A stretch of DNA of 64,000 nt from NCBI RefSeq assembly GCF_022045235.1, contig NW_027266279.1, positions 10,230,001 through 10,294,000 on the forward strand. The letters run 5' to 3'. Positions 1 to 12,040 of the stretch are shown here, one piece after another (positions within the stretch are counted from its first letter, which is position 1; every line of letters starts with the position of its first letter). The notes under the pieces were generated by a model, which saw only the letters and a program-made list of their open reading frames with translations, was not told the DNA's origin and did not search any database. The position numbers and the translations under genes were made by a program. This stretch comes from Haliotis cracherodii (taxonomy: Eukaryota).

Positions 1-3000
1 CCGTTATTAATAAACGCCAAGTCATCTAAGAACCGTTACTCCCCACTCCACCAACACCCTTGCTGTCACGACATTTCCGTTAAATAATGACTCTCGTGGA
101 GCTGTGAGGAGCTAATTATGTGCATATTGTACAAACACTCTAATACCACGCATCCAGCGTTGAGTAATGAAATGGCGACACCCCCATGCGTTGACCATGA
201 GACAAACTTCCCGGAGGCAATGCTAAGTGACAAGCAGAAGCACAAGGATTCATGAAAGGGAAAGATATTAGCAGAAACAAAAGTAGGATAATGAATTTTC
301 GGTTTGGAGATATTAACAATCTGTATTTCCACCCAGGATATCTAAGAGTTTTTATCATGCTGAGTATAATTTCAGCCCGGAGCCAAATTGGAACAGAATC
401 CATTATTTTGGACTTGGTCGTGTTCGTTGCCCTTTCATCAAAGTGATTAGAATCGCTGTGTGAATGAGGATAAGCTAGCTTTATCTCTAATAGTTTGGGT
501 TCAATACTCGGTCAGTATACTCCCTCTTAATGAGGTATATATAGATGAAACACGATCAAAAGTACGTCGGACATTATAGTGAACATTTACTTGTATTTTT
601 GCTGTATTTTTCTGTTGTTTCAAAAAAGCTGAACCGACAGGAAACTGTATATATTTATTCTGACCAGGAATCCAAACGATAGTGTAGGGGTACTCTGTAT
701 TAGCGGTATGTTCCACTCTTCACGTGTACATGAAATGACTGGGCATGCCATGATATACCTTGAATACATGAGGGTTCCGTTATTATCTCTCTACAACATT
801 ATACGTTTTCGAGGGATAACATGATGGCGTTGCTCTTCAATACTGACACAGATTCATGTCGGCGCGAAACATGGCGGACGATGATTGACGGCACTTCCAT
901 GAATCTAAAAATTATAAAAATGTTTTTTTCTCTTTTTCAAATTAATTGAAATTAATGTTCTGGAAGAAGTTACATACATGACATTTATTGTTACAAATTT
1001 ACAAATCTGAAAATGTGTTGTCAAAACATGGTGTGTGCATATTTCTTTTCTTTGCGTGGAAGTGAAGCATTTGACAATGGTGATTTCAAAATGCATTTCA
1101 AACAAATACATTTCTGTAATTTGCTTTCATTTCAGCTGTCAGTGCCGCGAAGGGACGTCCTGTCAGCAGACTGGCAACATAAAACCAGGTCCCAGTAACT
1201 ACCTCACCTACTCCTTCTACTGCCTTCCCAACGAATCCGGAAATCAGAATTAAGCGCGTGCCTACGGGTAAAGGGATGCAACTCCAAACGCTATTTTGTG
1301 TCGCCATCTTGTAATACGACGCCATATATATTTGTTTCGATTCGAACAATTTTGTCAGAGAACCATTCACACAAGATCATTTATACCCACGACTTTTTTT
1401 ATGAGTGAGTTAAACTTGTCACCGCATCGGCAATATTGGAACCATTTTTCGTTGCCTTCTTTACAGATTGTAGTCATCGTCACACTTTTTGCAGGTTGAC
1501 ATTTGTCTTATTTCAAGGAGTATATTCAACGGCATCAGTGATGATTTGTGATATTTTTTTATGACGATTGTGACAGGTACACCAATACTTCAGTGATACT
1601 GGATTTGATTTGATTGCAAAATTCATATTTTACCCGTTGAAATTTATCTTCTTTAACAAACATCTTAATTTTGGAAAGAGCAATATCTGCGTGGAATGTC
1701 AAATTATCTTTGCAGTAAAAACTTAAACTGTTACAATAAGCGGTTTAACCATTTATGTTTATAAATGATATCGGAGATCTCACGTGTTAAATAGGACTAG
1801 TTGACACGTGCATATAATGGCTGACGAATGCACATGGTTGGGATAAAATAAATACTTATTCTGATTTCTTTTGAGTTTTGTATTCTTTCTATTCGTGGTA
1901 CAGCTGTGGAGGGAGTTTCGTTCCCGAGATCCGCTCTTTAAATGATCGTAGCGCTAAGGTAATCGTTACTGCCATACTTGAACATAGACTGTGCCCTTCG
2001 ATCGCTTTGTGAATACGGGCCCGGTCGTGAGGTATTGTTATCGTGCCTTACAGAATTTGAGGATCAATGATGTTTTGATAAATTTCCATATACCCTTCTA
2101 CACTGTACAAGTGACAACCTACATTGTAAAATAGGTCTTCAGTAACCCATGGTTGCCGTTAGGGGCGACTCTGCTTGTTGTAAGATCCGACTAAAGGAAT
2201 CGGGTGAACAGGCTCGCTGACTTGGTTGATGCATGTCATCGTATCCCAATTGCGTATATCGATTTTCATGTCAATCACTGGATTGTCTGGTCCAGACTCG
2301 ATTTTTAACAGACCGCCATCATAAAGCTGGAATATTGCTGAGTGTGGCGCTAAACAACAAACAAACCAACCAACAGAATGGTGACAAGGTTCGATGAAAC
2401 GTATTTGTTGGTTTGTTGTTTAACGGTCCAATGGTCCACATACATGGCGGCGGTCTGTAAATAATCGAGTCTGGGTCAGTCTGATCACCCGATTCCGTTA
2501 GTCGCCTCTTACGACAAGCATGGGTTGCACACGAACACGTTACAACTGGTAACATATACCCTGCGATATTCGCACGTGGAGCTTAAATAAGGTTCAAACT
2601 CACTCACTCAAATGATGACTTGGTTGATGATCGTATCCCAATTGCGTAGATCGATGCTCATGATGACAATTACTGGATTGTCTGCCTTAGATTCGAAGAT
2701 TTACAGACCGCCATCATATCGCTGGAATATTGAGGGGTGCGGCGTAAAACAATAAACACACAAACACCAGGATGCTGTAGTCCGGGAGTATGATCCAAAT
2801 AACAAAGCAGGCTTCATGATCTTCAGGCAGTCGTGTCTTTTACATAACCATCCTGAAACTTGCATGATGTCTTTCCTTTTTAAGCCGTCCCTTCGCTACT
2901 CGCCAGAAGCGCGGGATTCACATACAAATACGGTTTCACTGTATGGACTTACGATAATTAAAATTTGGTCAGAACCAAATACAAACCGACAACACAAATC

Positions 3001-3463
3001 TTTCCTAAAACTACCTATATATCAGCCAGACAACATTAATAGATATCAATAGAGTTCATATGATCGTTGGAATTTGGCAAGCTTTTTATTGATTTATGTT
3101 TACGTTAAGCCTGTCAGAGTTCTCATAAAGTGCTCTGAGGGTATTCAAAGAAGCTAGCCATATATATATATATATATATATATCCCCTCCCCTCCCGAAA
3201 CACAAGCACTCCCTCTCCGGGAGGCTAGACGAATGATATTTTGGTATTACAGTATTAACATATAGATTGGCTTTGAGAAGATAGTCCAGTAGGCTTAGCA
3301 CGCACTGTGAGCGATGTCACAGAAACCCGACTCCTGTCTCCCCACTTAATCACGCCCATTGTTAAAACTGTCTGGTCATTCTGAAATGTCACCCTGGATG
3401 AAACGTGCAATCCTCTTCACTAACAATCGAGACCGAGACCAGCTGATATCAATCAGCGGCGAT

Positions 3464-3750
3464 GGGGGCACAGGGGGCCCAGTCGTGTAAGGCGCTGCGA
3501 TTCGCTGTGCAGAGTTGCGTCCCTTGGGCACGCCAGCAACCTATGATTGTGGGTTCGAATTCCGGTTCGCCCAGATAATGTTTCTAGGTTTGTCAGCACC
3601 ATACCCGTGCTCGTGGGTTTCACCGAAGTGGTAAACGTCGGAGACCTGCATCAATTCGGGCTTTCCTCCCACATTAAACTGACACGCCGCGATATAACTG
3701 GAATACTGTTAAAAGCGGCGTTAAACCAAACTCATTCGCTCACTCACTCA
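3464..3750 (+). mobile_element. SINE family B
   Basis: Full length; TSD CAGCGGCGATG. Confidence 0.85.
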
Positions 3751-6728
3751 AACAGCGGCGATGAGTACAACACGGGGACATCGTTTTACTGTACCCATTC
3801 CTGGAAATCCGGGTTAGAATTGATCTTCAGCAACCCATGCTTGTCGTAAGAGGCGACTAACGGGATCGGGTGATCAGGCTCCCTGACTTGGCATCCAAAT
3901 TGCGTAGATCTATGCTCATCATCCAGACTGATCCAGACTCGATTATTTACAGACCGCCGCCATGTATCTGGACCATTGGACCGTTAAACAACAAACAAAC
4001 ACATACGTTTCATCGCACCTTGTCACCATACTTGTTGGTTGGTTTGTTTGTTGTTTAACGCCACATGCACTCATCAATATTCCAGCCATATGACGGCGGT
4101 CTGTAAATAATCGAGGATGGACCAGACAATCCAGTGATTGATATCATGTGCATCAATCCACGCAATTGGGATCTATGACATGCATCAACCAAGTCAGAGA
4201 GCCTGACCTTCCGATCCCGTTAGTCGCCTTCACTACACTTGTACTATCACGGGGCAGTTTGAACCGAAGTCCAACAGTCCACGGCGTGTTATCTAATGCC
4301 GAATTCATTGACCTCTATGCTGAAACTGACTAAGATCGCATTAATAGCGAATTAGGGAATTGAACCCATAAAACCAGCAGCTCCTGATGCAACAAAGGGA
4401 GGCAACTACATGCACATATACAATGACAGTTGCTGTGTCCTTAAAACCAGTTGGTATGCAGTTAGAATAATCTTAATTTAATTTTTAAAAATTATTTTAT
4501 CTGCAGCTTGCTTAAGTTCTGTTATCTGACAGCAATTATAATTGTTACCCAATTCCGAAGAAATAGTGTCACATTTCCACTCAAGGGACAATCATGTTGC
4601 AGTACTAGTCTTCGTGGGATGAAGATTCATGTCCTTTATGGCAGGGCTGTTAGTGCGGTTTGCTCCCGATCCGGAATCTACCAGGAAAACACAATTGAAC
4701 AGCCCGTGGGTCTGTGTATCAAAATCGTTTATCGGGAGCAGCACAGAGATAGGTTGCCGTTGCTATAATTAAAGCCTTGAGACTTGAAATGGAGAAAAGA
4801 CCGACGAGCGTAGTCGCTACATAAGAACATACGTGTACACTTAAGAAAAATAATTGGTTGTAAAAACGAAAATATTCAAATATCCATGATCGATATTGGA
4901 AGAAACGCGTTTTTTACGGCTGTGTGTGTCCCTTTCATGTCACGCCTCCACAAATGCAGGCCATGTTGCAGGCATCCTCAATTACTTTATCCAGTGCATT
5001 ATATCTCAATTCCATTATTATAAATACCTTGGACCCATTCGCCACAATACCTTTGTCTTGAGTCCCGTTCGATTGACACGATCTAAGTCAGACGTCCACT
5101 CAAATTGCACTGTTCTTTCGGGATTGAAATAAATGTCCATATCGCCAGTATTCGACTCGACTTTTGAATGGCGTCTCAAGTACAACCTCAAATACAAGTC
5201 TTGTAGCAGAGGGAATATATTTCAACTGTCTTAATACTCAGGAAAACATGGTTAAAAGATAACTACAACAGTCTTCTTATTCGAGTAATATATCGAGGGC
5301 TCGCTCAGACGAAACCGCGGTTTTGAAAGTTGGTCTATAACATAACGGATCGAGCATTTTTTAAAGTGAGGGTTCCATAATATCAAAATCCTCTCTACCT
5401 GAACAAAATTGCTTTTCTTAAGTTTTCATAGACGGTACAGTCAAACATGAAATGAAATTCAGGTTCTCGCACAGATACAATACACCGAGAACATAATCTG
5501 TGATCTGGTGAAATATTTTGTTTTCTCCCCTCCTCAATCATAAGTCCATGATTAGAACACCTGAACTTACATTGCGAAATACAATAGACCTTGACATAGA
5601 CTAGTGATAAATAATTTTCAAAATTATAACATACTTATCCTTCTATCAATCTTAAATTTCTTAGTTTTTATTCCCTGTGGATGATCAATCTCAATACATC
5701 GTTGTTTAAAACTGTGAAATATGTTCCACACCTTTGACAGTCCAAACTGATCCAAATCCTCTACTAAACGAAAGATTTTTCACTTTTAATGCCCAACAAT
5801 CTTTTCTCTTCTCAGTTGATTTATACTGACACAAATAGACATGTTTCACCTGACTATTCTCCTTTATACTTTATAATTTTGACATGTTGATTTACCTCAA
5901 AGAATGAGAATGGTTGTTAATTTCAAGTTCAAAAGCGAGGTAATTCAGTGCTACGTTAGTGATAAGACTGGCGACGTGATTTCCGAGACGACGCAGTGCT
6001 AAGGAATGAATCCAGGGTATTTATCAGGGATATATTTCCCTGGATAATAGAGGATGTGTTGAACAGTGCTGCCTTGTAATCACTGACTGAGTTTGACCAT
6101 TATTCAGGCGTTATGTCTCCAAACATGTGTTACGTATGATAAACCCTACCCCGAGTATTTACATTTCTTACCAAAACCGAGGGACAGTGTCATACCTGTT
6201 TTACAAACCGAAACATCTGAAACCATTTTGGTTTTGTTTGTTTGTTTGTTTGTTTGTTGTTTAACCCCGCACTCAGCAATATTCCAGCTTTATGACGTCG
6301 GTCTGTAAATAATCGAGTCTAGACCAGACTATCCTGTGATTCATATCATGAGCATCGATCTTCTCAACTGGGATACGATGAAATGCATCAACCAAGTCAT
6401 CGAGCCTGACCATCTGATTTCGTTACTCGCCTCTTACGACAAGCATAGTCGCTTTTACGGCAAGCATGGGTTGCTGAAGACCTATTCTACCCCGGATCAA
6501 GTGAACACTGATCCACTGACCGGGGTAATAATTGTGTTAGCGCTTTGAGCATGCTTCAACGGATTGATTATAACCATCTGAAACTAGTGCATCGAATAAC
6601 TTCTACAATTACTTCTACTGCCACTGCTGCTACGACTATACGGATATTTGTAATGCGCTTACGTCGCTAGCGTGAATGATACTTTAATTTTTATTTGTGA
6701 TAACTGTCTCCATTTTAACATAATAGCG

Positions 6729-6791
6729 CATATCATTCCAGCGTGATGTCATATCATTCCAGCGTGACGTCATATCATTTCAGCGTGACGT
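6729..6791. repeat. 21-bp tandem repeat x3
   Basis: catatcattccagcgtga(t/c)gt. Confidence 0.85.
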
Positions 6792-6875
6792 TATGTCTGG
6801 TATATAACTGTAGGAATTCATGTAGCGAGAGACTGCTTCTGAAATTACTGATAAATTCTGTATATCGCAATGTAG

Positions 6876-7036
6876 ATAAATAGAGAATCTCACCCAAGTG
6901 TCTTTTGATATCAAATATATCAACACGATTTGATAAAAGTTGAAAAATTCCGAGGCTTGCCGAGGATTTTTGCCACTTTTATCAACGAGTGTTGATATAT
7001 TTGATATCATAAGACACGAGGGTGAGATTTTATTTA
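6876..7036. repeat. Long imperfect palindrome (~78-bp arms)
   Basis: ataaatagagaatctcacccaagtgtc...gaggc ttgc cgagg...gacacgagggtgagattttatttat. Confidence 0.8.
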
Positions 7037-8403
7037 TCATCCAACATCATTCTTCCAACTTTTTCAATTTGTAGACAGTAATTAGCAGTGTCTTCAATGT
7101 AGAAAGTACTGCTAACAGCTTCAGTAGCAGAGCCATTAGTGATGTTATTTGATTGTGACGTCATGGTAACCAGTGACGTCACAATGATCTGCAAAGCATC
7201 GTGATGTAATTCCATTGCAGCGATATCTACAGTGTAGATATCGCTTGATCTCATCCAAGCGATATGTCCTGTTGGAGCCAGTTTTCGATGATAAACAACT
7301 AACTCTGACATTTTTAACGCCCTCAGTTCCACATTACATTTCCGGACTCCGACAATAACACCCACTAATCTTATGCTTATTTCCATGGTACATCCCTTTA
7401 TAGTACTACGGTACTGGCACCATGATTCTGCGCTATACAAGTTGTCATATTCAGAGCGGGGCGGTGGGGTAGCCGTGTGGTTAAAGTCTTCGCTCGACCC
7501 GTGTTCTATTCCCCACATGGGTACAATGTGTGAAGCCCATTTCTGGTGTCCCTGTCGTGATGATGCTGGAATATTGATAAAATCCGCGTAAAACTATACT
7601 CACCCATAATCACAGCATAAAGTACACCAACCCACAATAGTGCAGGGGATGTCAGGTAGCCTAGTGGTTAAAAAGTTCGATCGTCACGTTGAAAACCCGG
7701 GTTCGAGTCCCAACAGGAACACAACCCTAACCCCTCATCGCCGACAAATATAACACCGTTGATGAACTTTTCCAATAATATGATTAAACAAATGATAACA
7801 AATATTGTGGAGGAAAGTATCGTGTTTTCGCACTTTATCGATAGGGGGACGATTGTCTTACAGATTGCGAAAAGGTACGAATGGTGACAAATGGTCACAC
7901 ACACACTAAACGATACGAGATAGTACAAGAATAGGTGTTCGTTCATAATGATATACATGTATATACAATCAGGGTACAAAGATTCAAATAAAACGGTGTG
8001 CCCTGTGAAACATGTACACAAGTAGATGCAGTTAGCTGGGATACAAGTAGAAACATCTTTGATATGCTTTGACTGTTGATTGATGTCTTGTATGAGGGTG
8101 TCATCGATCTGAAAATAAGAAATATTCATACAGTGATCCCTCGCTACAACGCTGCCTTCGGGGTCCAAATAATTGATGTGCGTTATAGATGATCAGCGGT
8201 TTACCCGTGTAGAATAATTGGTCAAAAATGGATTTATCTTATAAACGTGTATCTCCCATGTACTTAAATATATTTTCTTTCTTGAAACTAAAGTTAATAT
8301 GACATTCGTATTTTCCTAACAAATACCATATTTTTCTCATCTTAAAAAAGTTAAACATTTTATCTCATTTATATGTCAATAGTTATTCCACATATATACT
8401 CAC

Positions 8404-11400
8404 TTAGTTCGATGACTCCTCTTCTTCATAATACATGAAGTGCTGTAAAAAGAGACATTACGTCATTATCGGTCCTCGATTATTCTATTGTGTTAAATAT
8501 CTTGAACCCATTCGCTACGATATCCTTTTTGCAGCAGTGACGTCACCAGGGAAAATAAATTAATCTTCGCACAATATTTCTCCACCTGTTGATTTGACGT
8601 ACAGTGTAGTTTCTTAATGGCATGTCATGGACATCAGACTCAAAATGTATCTATGGTAGTAAATGTCTCCAAGGTATGTAACGTAATATATATGGGGTGG
8701 AGATATAATATCCTGGATAATCGAGGATGGACATTATTATGAATGTTTCGGAAGAATCATATGCGACTTGTTACCGGCTTGTTAAAATTGTCTGACGTTT
8801 TGCAGCTAAAAGAGGCAGTAGGGTAGCCTAGTGTTTAAAGCGTTTACACGTCACGCCTAAGGCTCGGGTTTGATTCCCCACATGGGTACAATGCGTGAAG
8901 CCCATTTCTGGAGTTACCAGTCTTGCTATTGCTGGAATATAGCTACGGGCAGCGTAAAACCTTGTTCACTCACTCACACAGCAGCCAGTGCAGACATATT
9001 CAAACACTTACGATGAGGAATACCGCGCCCATCAGCGTTGCCTTCACCTTCACATCAAGGTCTTGGGGAACTGAAGATACAGAGATTATTCCATATCGGG
9101 GGTGTTATACGGCCTTTGACATTGTTGGGTGTGCATGTTTGTTAGTTTGTCAGCAATATACCAGCTACATGACGGCGGTCTGTAACTAATCGAATCTGAA
9201 CCGATCGAGCAATTGTATCAACTAAGCCAGCGAGCCTGTTCACCCGACCCCGTTTGTCTCCTCTTAAGAAAAGCATGGGTTGCTCAAGACCAGTTCTAAC
9301 CAGGATCTTCAGGGGTTAGCATGTCCAGGAAGCGATGCTCTGAATGTGTGGATTTACAGTTCGGACAAACCAATGGTCATAACAAATATTATTAGGCCAC
9401 TCTGGTCCGGGTTCGAACCTACAGAGCTGACATGGTCACATGATTTCCTTCTGTGTATTTTGCCAAAGTTATGCACTTGACCATACTATGAGTTCAAGTA
9501 AAGGTAATTGCCATTGTATTTTCGACCCTATGGCTTTGAAGAAGGTGAAATCCGTACGAGTAAAATAAGAAGCATTGCTGCAACAGGTTTTTAACTCACA
9601 TGTGACCGAGAATTTCTCCGCATCGGTGAATATTTCCCTTACAGCTCCACCCCACTGCTTACTAATTTTGGACACAACCGCACCATCCTTCATGGATTGA
9701 ACCTGGGAAAATAGCAAGTTTTATCATTCAATATACTGAGCCATTTTCTGCGCATTTGGTGGTTTTCATGATGGCCGAGAGGGGAAATAGCTAACGACTT
9801 CAATTTCGGTCTCCAGAAAGTGATAAAGCATTATCACGAACACGACGAGAACTATCCTTTCTCATTTCGTGGTATTGGTTTGTCGCTGCCGAAATTGAAG
9901 TCGATAATTGAAGTCCTCTCGGCATCAATGGTTTTGTCTTCATTTGAATTAAAACTTCGAGTAACTGGTTCAGCACTCTCCATTTGATTTGTTTGTTTGA
10001 TTGTTGTTTAACGCCACACTCAGCAATATTCCAGCTATATGACGACGGTCTGTAAACATTCGAGTCTGGACCAGACAATCCAGTGATACACATCATGAGC
10101 ATCGATTCACGAAATTGGGATACGATAACATGCATCAACCAAGTCACCGAGCCTGACCACCCGATCCCGTTAGCCTCCTCTTACGACAAGCAAAGAAGCA
10201 TGGGTTGCTGAAGACCTATTCTACCCCGGATCTTCACGGGTCATCTCCAATTGAAACTTGTGCAGTGATAGGGTAGTGTTCGGCTTTTGGGCGTAGATGA
10301 GTATCATCCTTACTATAAAAGTGATGGATTAAAGGACTCGATATCGCTCTGTTATTACCAGACAGTGGATGTCGGTGATTTACCATCCTCAGTCACGAGG
10401 ACGCCATGTTTTTACAGTCTTCAAAGCGGCGCTAAACACAATGGCCTTCACATGAGGAAACTCGATATCAGTGGTATAACTGTATATTCATTAGTTGACA
10501 GCCACACGGAAACTCGACATCAGCGGTATTATGAACCTGGCTTTTATCAATCGAAGGCATACCGGAAACTCGACATCAGCGGTGTTACTTTGCTGGCTTT
10601 TATCAACCAGAGACATACCGGAAACTCGACATCAGCGGTGTTACTTTGCTGGCTTTTATCAATCAGAGACATGCTGGAAACTCACAATCCGCGGTGTTAG
10701 TATGCTGGCTTTTATCAATTAGAGACATACCGGAAACTCGACATCAGCGGTACAGCACAACCCCTGACAACCACAACATGGCCCCCAGATCTCCATCAGC
10801 TGGTTTCTTCTGCTGTCGAGGATACCATAGTGGCCCTTCCACTTGGACGGTCTGGCAAAACAACATAAAAGAAATAAACAATACCGGAGAAGAATTGTAT
10901 ATAGCTGGAAACGCGAGTGTGCGTAGAACATTCTTGTGATTGCAGCACAATCGACCAAATCAAATATACCAATTCTTCAAGACTGTACATTAGGTATCCC
11001 AAATTAATCATGTACACTGCATGAAGACATCCTTCACAAGTTTAACCTTATGTGGGTTCCATGAGGTGGCCCCAGAAAACTAACCGATGCTTGTCGTAAG
11101 ATGACCAAATGGGTTGGGTGGTCGGGCTCGGTGACTGATTTCGTGTCATCGTACCCGATGGCGCATCTTTCCGAGGCAAGGGAGTAAACTGACTATAAAA
11201 GTCCAGTTTCCACCCTTGCCGAACTTGGACGGTATTATGGAGTATGGACGAGTCTATGCATAGTCCAATCAAAATCGCGCCACGAAATCGAAATCCGTGT
11301 CGTGTAGATTTCGGTCGATTGCAAAGCATGTGTTTAATCAAGGTGCTCACGTGATTTGATGCATTTCACGATGTAAGACCTGTTATATCACAATATAGAT

Positions 11401-12001
11401 CTTGAGTATTGATCAGATCGTTCTGACTGGGCGCCACCATATTGTTTGAAGCAAAATCAAGTGATACGAAAGGTGGAATCGGATTGGTCCATAGGAGAGG
11501 CTTGGGAGTGGACATAGCTCGTAATTGCCACTGGTGGTGCTACGATCGAGACCAGGAATTCCAGCCTAGTTCTCAAGGGTGGAAACTGGACTTTCAAAGT
11601 CAGTTAACTCTCTTGCCCCGGGAAGATGACTACTGCGTGGCCTGGTGCAGAATCCATTATTTACAGTGAGGTGAGATGACCAAGATATGGACTTACAACG
11701 GCCTGACGTAACGTAGATATGGATTTAGAACTGCATGACGTATGGACTTACAACTGCCTGACGTAACCAAGAGGTTCCCCTTTCGCTGTTTCCACTATCA
11801 CTTCATGAGCTGCGCAGTCGGCATCTGCGCACCAGCAACATCCGCCACAACACTTGAAGTCACGGCGCATGCGCAATACCTCCTGCAATAGAATAGATAT
11901 ACGCAAACGCGGACAGAAAAGAAGACAAACTAGTGTATTCAATAGCTTATAACAAGTCCCAAGTTCACCCCCAGACGCACCACACACACACACACACACA
12001 T

Positions 12002-12040
<39 letters not shown>

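Noticed and set aside
140-900. Promoter-like motifs (AACATGGCGG, CACTTCC at ~868-898) and short minus-strand ORFs, one with a hydrophobic stretch
   Set aside because: No recognisable protein or consistent exon chain within the window. It may be the 5' end of a gene extending off the left edge, but this is unsupported.
7030-8168. 162-aa and 166-aa minus-strand ORFs
   Set aside because: They overlap SINE A sequence and the probable scramblase 3' UTR; no family resemblance.
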